DNA of 64,000 nucleotides from Sedimentisphaerales bacterium (GTDB lineage Bacteria > Planctomycetota > Phycisphaerae > Sedimentisphaerales > Anaerobacaceae). How positions within the stretch are numbered: position 1 is the first letter of the stretch; the number at the start of each line of letters is the position of its first letter. The DNA lies in assembly GCA_963708075.1 (NCBI GenBank), contig OY970194.1, positions 6,880,001-6,944,000 on the forward strand, given 5' to 3'. A model generated the notes under the pieces. That model was not told where the DNA came from, made no database searches, and worked only from the letters and a program-made list of their open reading frames with translations. The position numbers and the translations under genes are program-made. This document shows, piece by piece, positions 49,316 to 62,609 of this stretch.

Positions 49316-51250
49316 ATGGCAAATGCGTTTGTGATCATTAGCATCTGTACTGTGATGGCCGCTGGATCGCCGGCTGGGACAAATGAATCTGGGGATTCTA
49401 CCGCGTTCTTCGTGGCGCCCGGGGGCAGCGACAGTTGGTCTGGGCGGCTGGCGCAGGTCAACGCCGATCGCACGGACGGGCCACTGGCGACGCTGGAGGC
49501 AGCGTGCCGGGCGGCACGTAAAGTGGGTACGAAGCAGACGCGGACGATCGTGGTTCAGGAGGGGCAGTACTCCGTCAACGAGCCGCTGGTGCTTACGAGC
49601 GAAGACAATGGCCTGCGCATCGTTGGCGAATCGGGCGGAAAGGCTTGCCTGTACGGCGGCAGGAAGGTGGGGGGATGGGAGAAGGACGGGGACAGGTTCT
49701 ATGCGGCTGAATTGCCGGGCGTCAAGGAGGGCAAATGGGACTTCCGAGCCCTGATCGTCAACGGGCGATTCTGCCCGCGGGCACGGCTCCCGAAGCAGGG
49801 CTACTTTGAGCACTTGAGCCAGTTCGATGTTCCGTGGATGTCCACCACCGGAGGCGGCTGGAAACGCAAGCCGACGAACGAGGAACTGACCACCATGAAG
49901 TATAAGCCCGAGGACCTTGGCCCCTGGCTCGATATCCGCAGTGCCGAGATCACTGTCTACCACATGTGGGATGAGTCGCTTGTCGGCGTCTCCGCCAATG
50001 ACCCGAACTCGCACGCGCTGACCTTTTCGACCCCGGCGGGGCATCCGCCCGGCGCGTTTGGCGTTAAGAAGTATATCCTGTGGAACGTGCGGGAAGGCAT
50101 GACCGAGCCGGGACAGTGGTACCTGGACCGGACCCGGGGCAAGGTCGTCTATTGGCCGCTGCCGGGTGAGGACATGGCTGCGGCAGAAGTTATCGCTCCC
50201 ACCGTCGAATCCATCATTACAGTCAAAGGCACGAAGGACAACCCTGCAAAGGATATTGTGGTCCAGGGGCTGACTCTGGCCGTCACGACAACGCCGCTGG
50301 AGGCGGGCGGTTTTGGCGCGGAGAAGTTCGGCGGAGCGGTCAACGCCGCCTTTGCCCAGGGCTGCACGTTTGCCGATCTTGAGATTGTCAACGCCGGCGG
50401 GCAGGCCATCAAGGTGTCCGGCTCAAACCTGCGCATCGAGAGATGTCACACGCATCACGTCGGCGCGTGCGGCATCCGCTTCAACGGCAGCGGCACGAAG
50501 ATTACAGACAATCGCGTTCACGATGTTGGCCTGACGTATCCCAGCGCCATCGCCCTGACCGGCAGCGGGCAGAATTGCGAGATCAGCCACAACCACATGT
50601 ACAATACGCCGTACTCCGCCATGACCTGCGGCGGCAAGAACAATCGCATCGAGGCCAACCGCATCCACAACGCCATGCAGGAACTGCACGATGGGGCGGG
50701 CATCTACTGCTTTGGCGGCAAGGGCCTGGTTCTGCGCGGCAACTTCATTTACGATATCACCGACACGGGCGGTTACGGCGCCTCGGCGTACTACCTCGAT
50801 GAGCAGTGCGAGGGCTGCCTCGTGGAGAATAACCTGTCCGTGAACGTAGTCCGGCCCTCGCACAATCACATGGCGACGAACAACGCGATCCGCAATAACG
50901 TCTTCATCAGCGACACGGACATGCAGATCACATTCCCTCGTTCCTCCGGCTATACGTTCGAGAGGAATATCCTGTGCGCCAGGGGCAAGATCACGTTCGA
51001 CAACTACGAGGGGATCGCCACGACGGCGAACAACATCCTGTTCAGCGCAGAAGGCGTGATCCAATGTCACAAGCTGGACCAGTACAATCGAACCGGCAGC
51101 TACACCCTTGAGCCCAGCGGCTCCGATCGTCACGCCGATCCGAAGCTGGCAGCCTGGCAGCAGGGCAAGGTTCAGTTCGCTCCCGGCTCGCCCGCTGCCG
51201 AGCTGGGCATCCAGCCCATCGACGTCAGTACCGCCGGACCACGGGACTAG
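49316..51250 (+). CDS. Right-handed beta-helix protein, GH141-like
   Basis: FFVAPGG.D, DGPLATL, PGQWYLD, DGAGIY, YYLDE. Confidence 0.75.
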   Translation: MANAFVIISICTVMAAGSPAGTNESGDSTAFFVAPGGSDSWSGRLAQVNADRTDGPLATLEAACRAARKVGTKQTRTIVVQEGQYSVNEPLVLTSEDNGLRIVGESGGKACLYGGRKVGGWEKDGDRFYAAELPGVKEGKWDFRALIVNGRFCPRARLPKQGYFEHLSQFDVPWMSTTGGGWKRKPTNEELTTMKYKPEDLGPWLDIRSAEITVYHMWDESLVGVSANDPNSHALTFSTPAGHPPGAFGVKKYILWNVREGMTEPGQWYLDRTRGKVVYWPLPGEDMAAAEVIAPTVESIITVKGTKDNPAKDIVVQGLTLAVTTTPLEAGGFGAEKFGGAVNAAFAQGCTFADLEIVNAGGQAIKVSGSNLRIERCHTHHVGACGIRFNGSGTKITDNRVHDVGLTYPSAIALTGSGQNCEISHNHMYNTPYSAMTCGGKNNRIEANRIHNAMQELHDGAGIYCFGGKGLVLRGNFIYDITDTGGYGASAYYLDEQCEGCLVENNLSVNVVRPSHNHMATNNAIRNNVFISDTDMQITFPRSSGYTFERNILCARGKITFDNYEGIATTANNILFSAEGVIQCHKLDQYNRTGSYTLEPSGSDRHADPKLAAWQQGKVQFAPGSPAAELGIQPIDVSTAGPRD

Positions 51251-51430
51251 TACTCCGGCTATCCGAAAACGGTGCTTACAGAATATTGCTTATGATGGGT
51301 GGCAGCGGCAAGCGCCGGCTTGCCGATGGCCCATGTCTACGTCTGCACGCCATCGGCAAGCTCCGAAGACTCCGCTTGGTGCTGCCATCCGGTATCCACC
51401 AGATCAGAATAGCCAGAGCACTGGAGCCTG

Positions 51431-52795
51431 TCAGAGTTTCATCGGCTCGAGGCGCGGGTTCAGCAGGTGAATGATCAGCAAGTTCACCAGGTACGCACAG
51501 GCCGCAATGATAAACAACACGCGGTACTGCCCTGTCCACTGGAGCACGCGCCCAATGAGCATGGCGCTGAACATGCCGGCGATGGCTCCCGCCATGCCGC
51601 CGATGCCTACGATGGAGCTGACGACCTTGCGGGGCGCGGTATCGGAGACGAGCGTGTAAAGATTGGCGGCGAATCCCTGATGAGCCGAGGCAGCTAACCC
51701 TACCAGAAATGTGGCCACCCAAAGATTGGAGACACTCGAAGCAGTAAACACCGGCACGACACACAACGCGCACACCAGCATGGCCGTCTTGCGGGCGGCA
51801 TTCACGCTCCAGCCTCGCTTGAGCAGCCATGACGACAGCCACCCGCCGCCGATGCTGCCCACGTCCGCCATCAGGTAGATCACGACCAGCGGCGGGCCCA
51901 ACTGCAACAGGTTCAGGCCGTGCTTCTTGTTGAGGAAGTCCGGTATCCAGTACAGGTAGAACCACCAGATCGGCGCACAGAGGAACATCCCTGCGATAAA
52001 CGCCCACGTCTGGCGGTAGCGCAGCAACGACAACCAGGGAATCCTGGCGACAGGATCAGGCGGGTCGCTGCGGATGTAGGCGAGTTCCGCCGGCGAAATG
52101 CGAGGGTGTCTTTCCGGGTTGTGGTATAGCCTCCACCAGCCCGCCACCCAAACGAACCCCATGGCACCGGTAACCAGGAACGCCGTCGGCCACCCGTACT
52201 TTACTGCCAGCCATGGCACCAGCAGGGGGGCCACCAGGGCCCCGACGTTGCTGCCCGCGTTGAAAATGCCTGTGGCCAGGGCTCGTTCCTTTTTTGGGAA
52301 CCATTCGGTGACGGTCTTGACCGCCGCCGGGAAGTTGCCTCCCTCCGCCAGTCCGAGAGCAAAACGGGCGGCGCTGAAGCCGATCACCGTCGCCGGGGCG
52401 GCCAATAACCAGAATCGTGAGGTCTGCAGGGCCGGGGACATCCAGTCGGCCAGCTTCGATTCGGGCGGGATGAACCAGGTCAGGGCGTGGGCCATGGCGG
52501 CCAGGCTCCAGAACAGGACGGCCAGCGCGTAGCCGAGTCGGACGCCCAGGCGGTCGATGAGCCTGCCGGCGCCCGCATAGCCGATGGCATAGGCGACCTG
52601 GAAGGCGAAGACGATGTTGCTGTAATCGATCTCGTTCCAGCCGAGTTGTTTGGCAAGATCGGGCTTGAGGAGGCCGATCACCTGGCGGTCGATGTAGTTG
52701 AGGGTCGTGGCGAAGAACAGCAGGGCACAGACGCCCCAGCGGGACCAGCCCACTGACGCCACGGCCGGTACACTCAACGCTCGATCATTCGACAC
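51431..52795 (-). CDS. MFS hexuronate transporter (ExuT-like)
   Basis: NYIDRQ, EGGNFP, WFPKKERALATGIFNAGSN, WFYLYWIP. Confidence 0.9.
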   Translation of the reverse strand: MSNDRALSVPAVASVGWSRWGVCALLFFATTLNYIDRQVIGLLKPDLAKQLGWNEIDYSNIVFAFQVAYAIGYAGAGRLIDRLGVRLGYALAVLFWSLAAMAHALTWFIPPESKLADWMSPALQTSRFWLLAAPATVIGFSAARFALGLAEGGNFPAAVKTVTEWFPKKERALATGIFNAGSNVGALVAPLLVPWLAVKYGWPTAFLVTGAMGFVWVAGWWRLYHNPERHPRISPAELAYIRSDPPDPVARIPWLSLLRYRQTWAFIAGMFLCAPIWWFYLYWIPDFLNKKHGLNLLQLGPPLVVIYLMADVGSIGGGWLSSWLLKRGWSVNAARKTAMLVCALCVVPVFTASSVSNLWVATFLVGLAASAHQGFAANLYTLVSDTAPRKVVSSIVGIGGMAGAIAGMFSAMLIGRVLQWTGQYRVLFIIAACAYLVNLLIIHLLNPRLEPMKL

Positions 52796-53029
52796 CGGAA
52801 GATCTCCAATAACGCCTCAACGAGAGCCTTGGGCACGACTTGCGATCTGCAAATCATGGCCCACAGCAGACCATAGACTCCATCCCCCAGTCAAGGGATT
52901 CCCTTGACTGGCGGCACGCTCTCGGCTAAAAAGAAAGACAGGCTGGCAGGATGCGTAAGAACGAGAGTCCGCCCAGAGCAGGCGGAGTATGGCAAGAGAG
53001 TCCATCGCTTTTGTGAACGGAGTCGGAAC

Positions 53030-53470
53030 ATGACAAACATGAACGATGTCCCCGGGGCGGGCGAGCCGCAAGGGCCGCCCAGTGTGCCGCCTGTGATCGA
53101 GCCGGGCCAGATGGATCGAGAGATGAACCGCGACGCACGCATGTGGGCAATGCTTTGCCACCTGGCAGGCCTTGCTTTCCTGGTAGTGCCCGCCATTGGC
53201 AGCGTGATTGGGCCGCTCATCATCTGGCTGATCAAGAAGGATCAGCATCCATTCGTTGATGAGCAGGGCAAGGAGGCTCTCAATTTTCAGATCACGATGC
53301 TCATCTACGGCGTCGTGGCGGGGTTGCTGATATTTGCCTGCGTTGGTGTCGTGCTGCTGCCGGCGGTCGCAATCGTGGACATCGTGTTGCTCATTATCGC
53401 CGCGATCAAGGCCAATGACGGCTATCACTATCGCTACCCGTATCCCTTGATCATACGTTTCATCAAGTAA
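53030..53470 (+). CDS. DUF4870 membrane protein
   Basis: WAMLCHL, GPLIIWL.KKD, GKEALNFQIT, YRYP. Confidence 0.9.
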   Translation: MTNMNDVPGAGEPQGPPSVPPVIEPGQMDREMNRDARMWAMLCHLAGLAFLVVPAIGSVIGPLIIWLIKKDQHPFVDEQGKEALNFQITMLIYGVVAGLLIFACVGVVLLPAVAIVDIVLLIIAAIKANDGYHYRYPYPLIIRFIK

Positions 53471-53612
53471 TGCTGCGATTCGCCGTCAAACTCTCGATCA
53501 GCGTGGCGGTCTGGCTGCTTGGGGCCTTCGTGTGCTAATGGCTCCTGCTTCGGCCATGAGCTTTCACTCGTTCGTCTTGACGCGACGCGACGGGGCGGTT
53601 ATAAGTGGGCCC

Positions 53613-55034
53613 ATGCAGAACGTGCGTGTCGCGAAATCCATCGCTATCCATGCAGTTGTTCTTTCCTCGCTGGCCGGCTGTGCTCGGTTTGAGGCCAAGC
53701 CGCTGTCGCCCCAGCAAACGGCGGAGCGGTTCGAAGCTCGCACGTTGGATGCCCCGCAGTTGAGGGAGTTTTTGCAGGCCAATCTGAAGGGGGAAATCGC
53801 CGATTGGCCGTTGCGGGAGTGGGATTTCGATACGCTCACGCTGGCGGCCCTTTTCTACCATCCCGGCCTCGACGTGGCGCGGGCCCAGTGGGCGGTTGCA
53901 CAGGCGGGCATCACCACTGCCGGCGGGCGTCCCAACCCTGCCGCCGCGGTATCGCCGCAATACACGACCAATGCTGAGAGCGGGGTTTCGCCCTGGGTGG
54001 CAGCGTTGACTTTGGACGCCACGATTGAGACGGCCGGCAAGCGCGGCTACCGCATCGAGCGGGCGAAGCAGGAATCCGAGTCCGCTCGTCTTAACCTTAT
54101 CACGCAGGCCTGGGAGATTCGCAGTCGGCTGCGGAGCCGTTTGCTGGACTATGCCGGCGCCAATCGCCGTGTCGCACTGTTACGGGATGTGCAGGATGTG
54201 CAGCAGCAAATCCTGAAGCTGCTGGAGGGCCGTCTGGCTGCCGGCGAGATCGCAACGACGGAGTTGACAATCGCGCGTGTAGCCCAGATCAAGACACAGA
54301 CTGATCTTGGAGACGCCCGGCGTCAGGCAGTGGAGAATCGCGCCAGCGTGGCCGAAGCCCTCGGCGTGCCGCTACGAGCCATCGAGGGACATGATCTGAG
54401 GTTCGATCTGTCGCTACCGGCCGACGCCAGGCGTGACTTGGAATCCATGGAGGTCCGGCGTCAGGCATTGCACAGCCGGGCCGACATCGTAGCGGCGCTG
54501 GCCGGCTATGCCGCCAGCCAATCGGCGCTCCAGCTCGAAATCGCCAAGCAGTACCCTGACATCCGCCTGAGCCCCGGCTACGAGTACGATCAGGGCGAGC
54601 ACAAGTGGGGGCTTGGCGTGGGGGTCGAGTTGCTCGTGCTCAACCGCAACGAAGGCCCAATCGCCGAAGCAGAAGCGAAACGCGATGAAAGCGCAGTCCG
54701 GTTCCTTGCGCTGCAAGCTCAGGTAATCGCCGAGATCGACCGCGCACTTGCGGCCCGCGCGGCCTCGCAGGAGCAGTTGCGGTGGATGGACGGCCTCCTC
54801 GATACGCAGCGCCGGCACGTTCGGTCCGTAGAGGCCATGGTGAAGGCCGGCGCCGCAGACCAGTTCGAGCTCACTTCGGCCCGGCTCGAAGTGTCCCTCA
54901 CCGAAGTGGCCCGGCTCGATGCGATAGTCAAGGCTCGGCAGGCGCTCGGTCAGCTTGAGGACGCCGTTCGGGTCCCCGTTGACGCTCTGAAATCTGTCGA
55001 GCAGGACCCGCGTGCCCGAGTCGGGAAGGAGTAG
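53613..55034 (+). CDS. TolC-family outer membrane efflux lipoprotein
   Basis: LAGC lipobox, PNP, QYPD motifs; first gene of RND operon. Confidence 0.85.
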   Translation: MQNVRVAKSIAIHAVVLSSLAGCARFEAKPLSPQQTAERFEARTLDAPQLREFLQANLKGEIADWPLREWDFDTLTLAALFYHPGLDVARAQWAVAQAGITTAGGRPNPAAAVSPQYTTNAESGVSPWVAALTLDATIETAGKRGYRIERAKQESESARLNLITQAWEIRSRLRSRLLDYAGANRRVALLRDVQDVQQQILKLLEGRLAAGEIATTELTIARVAQIKTQTDLGDARRQAVENRASVAEALGVPLRAIEGHDLRFDLSLPADARRDLESMEVRRQALHSRADIVAALAGYAASQSALQLEIAKQYPDIRLSPGYEYDQGEHKWGLGVGVELLVLNRNEGPIAEAEAKRDESAVRFLALQAQVIAEIDRALAARAASQEQLRWMDGLLDTQRRHVRSVEAMVKAGAADQFELTSARLEVSLTEVARLDAIVKARQALGQLEDAVRVPVDALKSVEQDPRARVGKE

Positions 55035-55039
55035 AAATC

Positions 55040-56047
55040 GTGAGCAAAGTCATTTTGGGCATCCTGGCTGGCTTGGCCCTCGGTGCGGCCGGCACAGCCC
55101 TCTATTTCAAGTATCCGCAAGCCTGGAAAGGACAGGAATCCGAAGACCCGGCATCCGAGGAGCAAGTCGCGGAATCATTCATTCAACACGACGTCGATGG
55201 CCGGACGCTTGTCAAGCTCGATCAGGAGACACAGACCCGCACGGGGCTGAAGGTGGAGTCCCTGCCCGCAGCCCAGGTAGCGCCGGAGGTGAGGGGCTTC
55301 GGCCGTGTCCTGGACCCGTCGCCGTTGGCAGCGTTGGCTGTGGAAGCCGCAACGGCTCAAGCGTCACTGGAAGGCTCCACCAAAGAATACGAGAGGCTCA
55401 GGACCCTGTATTCGCAGAACCAGAATGCTTCCGCCCGCGCCCTGGAGACCGCTGAGGTGGCCATGAAGCGAGACCAGATTTCACTTGAGTCCGTGCGGTC
55501 TCGCCTGCTGCTGGGCTGGGGTCAGGCGGTTATGGCACAGCCGGACGTGCCTGCGTTTGTCCAGTCTCTGGTCTCGCAGCAAGCTGCATTGGTCCGCGTG
55601 GATGTCCCGCTCGGCGAGCGCTTGGCGGCTCCGCCTACCGGCGGGCGCATCGCCCCGCTGGCGGCGCCGGAGAATCTGGTGGAAGCCCAGTATCTTGGGC
55701 CCGCCCCGAATGCCGACCCGCAGACGCAAAGCCTGGGCTTTCTCTTTCTCGTGAAGGTCAGTCCGCCGCCCCCGGGCATGGCGGTGCTTGCGTGGCTGAC
55801 CATCCCCGGCCCAGCGCAATCCGGTGTGATCGTGCCTCACGAGGCGCTGCTGCGTCACGAAAGCCGGACCTTTGTCTATCTTCAGGCCGCCAAGGATATC
55901 TTCCAGCGAAAGGCTGTAGTTATCGGGCGTCCGGCCGGCAACGGATGGTTTGTCGGCGAGGGGTTCAAGCCGGGGGACAAGGTCGTCGTCGTTGGGGCGC
56001 AGGAACTGCTCTCCGAGGAGCTCAAAGGACAGGGGGGAGGCGAGTAG
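55040..56047 (+). CDS. RND periplasmic adaptor (MFP)
   Basis: N-terminal anchor, coiled coil, G.KVVVVGA.ELL; position in operon. Confidence 0.85.
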   Translation: MSKVILGILAGLALGAAGTALYFKYPQAWKGQESEDPASEEQVAESFIQHDVDGRTLVKLDQETQTRTGLKVESLPAAQVAPEVRGFGRVLDPSPLAALAVEAATAQASLEGSTKEYERLRTLYSQNQNASARALETAEVAMKRDQISLESVRSRLLLGWGQAVMAQPDVPAFVQSLVSQQAALVRVDVPLGERLAAPPTGGRIAPLAAPENLVEAQYLGPAPNADPQTQSLGFLFLVKVSPPPPGMAVLAWLTIPGPAQSGVIVPHEALLRHESRTFVYLQAAKDIFQRKAVVIGRPAGNGWFVGEGFKPGDKVVVVGAQELLSEELKGQGGGE

Positions 56048-56053
56048 AGTTCC

Positions 56054-59000
56054 ATGCTGCAAGCGCTGGTCCGGTTTTGCCTGAAGTACCGTGGGGTGGT
56101 CGTGGTGCTGGCCTGCATCCTTCTTGCCTATGGACTCTATGTCGCCAAGAATGCCAAGCTCGACGTGTTTCCGAATTTTGTCCAGCCGCAGGTGGTGATT
56201 CAGACCGAGGCGCCCGGGTTGTCGCCGGAACAGGTCGAGCTGCTGATCACGCAGCCGGTCGAAACGATGGTCAATGGCCTCGGTGACATGGAGTCGCTGC
56301 GCTCGGAGTCGATCCAGGGGCTGTCGATCATCACTGCCGTGTTCAAGGAAGGGACGGACGTATTCCTTGCCCGCCAGATGCTGGCGGAGAAACTGGCGGA
56401 GACGGCGGGGGAGTTGCCTGCCAGTGCCAGGACGCCGCGCATGACGCCCCTGACGTCGTCCACGATGGACTTGCTGAAGATCGGCTTGGTTTCGGACAAC
56501 ATGACGGCGATGCAACTGCGGACATTCGCGGACTGGACGCTCAAGCCGCGGCTGCTTTCCGTGCCCGGCGTCGCCAAGTGCAGCACCTTCGGTGGTGAGG
56601 TCCGCCAGCTTCAGATTCAGGTCCTGCCGGACCGCCTGCTCGCCTATGACTTGACGCTGTCCGACGTACTGACAGCCTCGCGGGCCTCGACCGCCGTGAT
56701 GGGCGCCGGCTTCGTCGAGACCAGCAACCAGCGCATCACGATTCAGACGGAAGGCCAGGCGCTGACGCCCGACGCCCTTGGCGGGGTCGTCGTGGCGTAC
56801 AAGGACGGCATCAGTGTGCGGCTCAAGGATGTGGCTCGCGTGGTGGAAGGCGCCGAGCCGAAATTCGGCGACACGGTCATCATGGGCCGGCCCGGCGTCC
56901 TGATGACGATGTCCAGCCAGTTCGGCGCCAACACGATGGAGGTGACGAGGGCGCTGGAGACGGCGCTGGCGGAGATGAAGCCGGTATTCGAGAAGGAAGG
57001 AATCACGCTGTACCCGCGTCTGCACCGGCCGGCAACATTCATCGAGAATGCGCTGCGGAACATGAAGCACTCGCTTGCGCTCGGTGCGATCCTTGTGGCG
57101 GCCGTGCTGTTTCTGCTGCTGGGCAGCGTGCGCACGGCGTTCATCTCACTGACGGCCATTCCCCTGTCGCTGCTGACGGCCGTCGTTGTGCTTGAGAAAC
57201 TCGGCGTCACGATCAACACGATCACACTCGGCGGCCTGGCCATCGCGCTGGGCGAAGTCGTGGACGACTCCATCATCGATGTGGAGAACATCTTCCGGCG
57301 GCTCCGCGAGAATAAGACGCTGCCGCAACCGCGACCTGTGTTCCGGGTCGTGCTGGACGCTTCACTGGAGGTGCGGCGGGCCGTCGTGTACGCCACGTTC
57401 ATTGTGGCGCTTGTATTCCTGCCGGTGCTCACACTGACGGGTCTGCATGGCAGTTTCTTTTCTCCGCTGGCGTTAAGCTACATCCTGGCGATTCTGGCAT
57501 CCCTGCTGATGGCGCTGACACTGACGCCGGCGCTGGCCTATCTGGTATTCGACAAGGGCGCACGCAGGGCCGAGGAGCCTCGCATCCAGCACGTGTTGAA
57601 AGTCATCTATCGCGGAATCCTGAGATTCACCACCCGCCGGCCGCGAGCGATCATGGTGGTCGTGGCCGTCATCTGCATCGCCGCCCTGACGCGGGTGCCG
57701 TTCTTCGGAGGCGAATTTCTGCCGGAGTTCCGCGAGGGCCATTTCGTCCTCCAGGTGTTTGCCGCCCCGGGCACCTCGTTGCCGGAGATGCTCCGAATCG
57801 GCAAACAGATTTCGCAGGAGATGCTGAAACATCCGAGGATCGACACCATCGAGCAGCAGGTCGGCCGCGCCGAGCTTGGCGAGGACCCATGGGGCCCGAA
57901 CCGCAGCGAATTTCACATGGATCTCAAACCCATGCCGGGCCGCGAAGAGGCGAAGATGGCCGACGAAGTGCGTGACGTCCTCAAGAAGTTTCCCGGTATT
58001 CAGTTTGAGGTGCTGACCTTCCTCGGAGATCGCATCGGCGAGACGCTCACCGGCGAGACGGCACCCGTGGTTGTCAACATTTTCGGCGACGACCTCGACC
58101 TGCTGGACGCCAAGGCGGCCGAGGTGGCGAAGATCCTGGCCGCCGTACCGGGTGCGGCGGACGTGCAGGTGAAGGCCCCGCCGGGCCAGCCTCGCTTCGC
58201 CGTGAGCCTGCGGCCGGAGCGATTGACACAGTTGGGTTTTCGGCCGGTGGAGGTGCTCGAAGCCGTGCAGACTGCCTACCAGGGAACGGTTGTGGCCGAA
58301 ACGCATCGCGCCAACGTGGTCGCCGACGTGGCGGTGATCCTGGATGAGTCCGCCCGCCGGGACCCGGAGACTATCGGCGAGCTGATGCTGTCCGGCACGC
58401 AGGGGACACGCGTGCCGCTGCGGGAGTTGGCGGATATCTATCCGACGAGCGGGCGACAATCCATCATGCACGAGGGGGCCCGCCGCCGCCAGACGGTGAC
58501 TTGCGCCACGAGCGGGCGGGACGTGACGTCGTTCGTGGCGGAGGCGAAGAAGCAGGTGGCTGCGAAGGCCAGCTTTCCCGGAGGCACCTACGCCGTCTTC
58601 AGCGGCGCCGCCCAGGCCAAGGCGGCAGCACAACAACAACTGCTGCTTCATTCGGCCATTGCCGGCGTGGGGATTCTGTTGCTGCTGGCCATCGCTTTCG
58701 GCAACGGAAGCAACCTCCTCCTGGTGCTGGCCAATGTCCCCTTTGCACTGGTCGGCGGCGTGCTGGCGATCTGGCTGGTCGGCGTGCTCGCCGGCTCGGA
58801 CGACAATGCGCTGACCATCGGCTCGCTCGTCGGCTTCGTCACCCTCTTCGGCATCACGACGCGCAACTCCATCATGATGATCTCTCATTTCGAGCACCTG
58901 GTGAACGAGGAAGGCATGACCTGGGGCCCGGAGGCCGCCATTCGCGGGGCCTCCGAACGGCTGATCCCGATTCTGATGACGGCAACCGTCACGGCGCTGG

Positions 59001-59179
59001 GCCTGCTGCCGCTGGCGCTCGGCACGGGCGAAGCGGGTCGCGAGATTGAAGGCCCGATGGCAATCGTCATTGTCGGCGGCCTGGTGACCTCGACCGTGCT
59101 CAACCTGTTTGTACTGCCACCCCTGGCGCTGCGGTACGGGAAGTTCGTGGTGGAAAAACGCGAGGAGATGGTGCTATGA
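56054..59179 (+). CDS. CzcA/CusA-family RND permease
   Basis: DVFP, TEAPGLSPEQVE, GEVVDDSIIDVEN, ERL.PILMTA, 1041 aa. Confidence 0.93.
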   Translation: MLQALVRFCLKYRGVVVVLACILLAYGLYVAKNAKLDVFPNFVQPQVVIQTEAPGLSPEQVELLITQPVETMVNGLGDMESLRSESIQGLSIITAVFKEGTDVFLARQMLAEKLAETAGELPASARTPRMTPLTSSTMDLLKIGLVSDNMTAMQLRTFADWTLKPRLLSVPGVAKCSTFGGEVRQLQIQVLPDRLLAYDLTLSDVLTASRASTAVMGAGFVETSNQRITIQTEGQALTPDALGGVVVAYKDGISVRLKDVARVVEGAEPKFGDTVIMGRPGVLMTMSSQFGANTMEVTRALETALAEMKPVFEKEGITLYPRLHRPATFIENALRNMKHSLALGAILVAAVLFLLLGSVRTAFISLTAIPLSLLTAVVVLEKLGVTINTITLGGLAIALGEVVDDSIIDVENIFRRLRENKTLPQPRPVFRVVLDASLEVRRAVVYATFIVALVFLPVLTLTGLHGSFFSPLALSYILAILASLLMALTLTPALAYLVFDKGARRAEEPRIQHVLKVIYRGILRFTTRRPRAIMVVVAVICIAALTRVPFFGGEFLPEFREGHFVLQVFAAPGTSLPEMLRIGKQISQEMLKHPRIDTIEQQVGRAELGEDPWGPNRSEFHMDLKPMPGREEAKMADEVRDVLKKFPGIQFEVLTFLGDRIGETLTGETAPVVVNIFGDDLDLLDAKAAEVAKILAAVPGAADVQVKAPPGQPRFAVSLRPERLTQLGFRPVEVLEAVQTAYQGTVVAETHRANVVADVAVILDESARRDPETIGELMLSGTQGTRVPLRELADIYPTSGRQSIMHEGARRRQTVTCATSGRDVTSFVAEAKKQVAAKASFPGGTYAVFSGAAQAKAAAQQQLLLHSAIAGVGILLLLAIAFGNGSNLLLVLANVPFALVGGVLAIWLVGVLAGSDDNALTIGSLVGFVTLFGITTRNSIMMISHFEHLVNEEGMTWGPEAAIRGASERLIPILMTATVTALGLLPLALGTGEAGREIEGPMAIVIVGGLVTSTVLNLFVLPPLALRYGKFVVEKREEMVL

Positions 59180-60694
59180 AAGCTGGGATGACTCGACGGG
59201 ATGTTCTTAGACTCATGGGGGGCTGTGGTGCGTCGCTCGCTTTGGGCGCGGCCTCCGGTCTCGCTCAATCAACCGAGCTTGTCGGCAAGAGAACCCAACA
59301 TCATTTTCATTCTCGCGGATGATCTCGGGTACGGTGATCCGACTTGCTACAGCCGTGAATCGAAGATTCCGACGCCACAGATAGATCGATTGGCGGGGCA
59401 GGGGATTCGGTTCACGGACGCGCACTCGCCCTCGGCGGTTTGCACACCCACGCGGTACGGCCTGTTGACGGGCCGGTACTGCTGGCGGTCGCGCCTCAAG
59501 CAGGGGGTGCTGAATGGCTACAGCGAGCCGCTGATCGAGGCCGACCGGCTGACGCTCGCGTCACTGCTGAAGAGGCACGGCTACAACACCGGATGCGTCG
59601 GCAAATGGCATCTTGGCTTGGGCTGGGCGGCAAAGGACGCGGGCAAAAAGCCCGGGGGTGACAACGTCGATTGGGTTGGGCCTGTGACGCACGGGCCGCA
59701 GTCGGTCGGGTTCGATTACAGCTACGTCATCCCGGCCTCGCTGGACATGGATCCATACTGCTGGCTGGAGAACGGCCGGCTCGTGGAGGCCCCGACCGGG
59801 CACACGCCCGGAAGCAAGCGACAATGGGAGGGCGGCGACGGCTTCTGGCGAGCCGGGCCCATCGCCCCGTCGTTCGATTTCTACGCTGTTCTGCCCACCA
59901 TCACGACCAAGTCGGTCGAATTCCTCAAACGCCAGGCCACCGAAAAGCCCTTCTTCCTCTATGTCCCTCTCACCGCCCCGCATACCCCGTGGATGCCGAC
60001 GGCAGAGTTTCGGGGAAAGACCAAGGTGGACTGGTACGGGGACTTCGTCACGCAGGTCGACTCGACCGTGGGACAGATCGTCAAGACGCTGGATGACGCC
60101 GGGCTCAAGGACAACACGCTGGTGGTTTTCACCTCAGACAACGGCTCACCCTGCATGGCCGAGCAGATCGATAAGTCTGGTCACCGTGCCAATGGCGCCT
60201 GGCGCGGGCAGAAATCCGATATCCACGAGGCCGGTCATCGAGTCCCGTTCATCTGCCGCTGGCCCGGCCACATCCAGCCCGGTACACAGAGCGACCAGAC
60301 CATCTGCCTGACGGACATGCTGCGCACCTTCGCGGCCGTTGTCGGCGACCCGCTGCCTGCAGAGGCCGGTCCGGACAGCTACAATTTCCTGCCGGCGATT
60401 CTGAATCCCGGTTTGGAGACGCCGATCCGCGAGGCCACGATCCATCACTCGGGCAACGGCATGTTTGCCATCCGGCAGGGGCCGTGGAAACTGGTTCAAG
60501 GCCTTGGCTCGGGCGGCTTCACGCCTCCCCGGCAGATCAAGCCGAAGCCCGGCGAACCCGAAGGCCAGCTCTACAACCTTGATGACGACCCGGGCGAGCA
60601 GAAGAACCTTTGGGCCGCGCGGCCGGAGATCGTCAAACGTCTTGCCGACCTGCTCGAACGCTACAAGCAGCAGGGTTACAGCCGACCTGTGTGA
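59176..60694 (+). CDS. Arylsulfatase; Tat leader frameshifted near 59290
   Basis: MKAGMTRRDVL leader from 59176 in another frame; PNIIFILADDLG, CTPTR. Confidence 0.88.
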
Positions 60695-60856
60695 CGAATG
60701 TGTTTACTTGTGGCCCCGCTATTCTAATCTGGTGGATACCGGGTGGCAGCGGCAAGCGGAGTCTTCGGAGCTTGCCGATGGTGTCCAGACGCAGACACGA
60801 GCCATCGGCAAGCGGGCGCTTGCCGATGCCACCCATAGTGAAGGAGATGAGTCAAA

Positions 60857-62593
<1,737 letters not shown>

Positions 62594-62609
62594 GTGGAGT
62601 CAACGCAAG

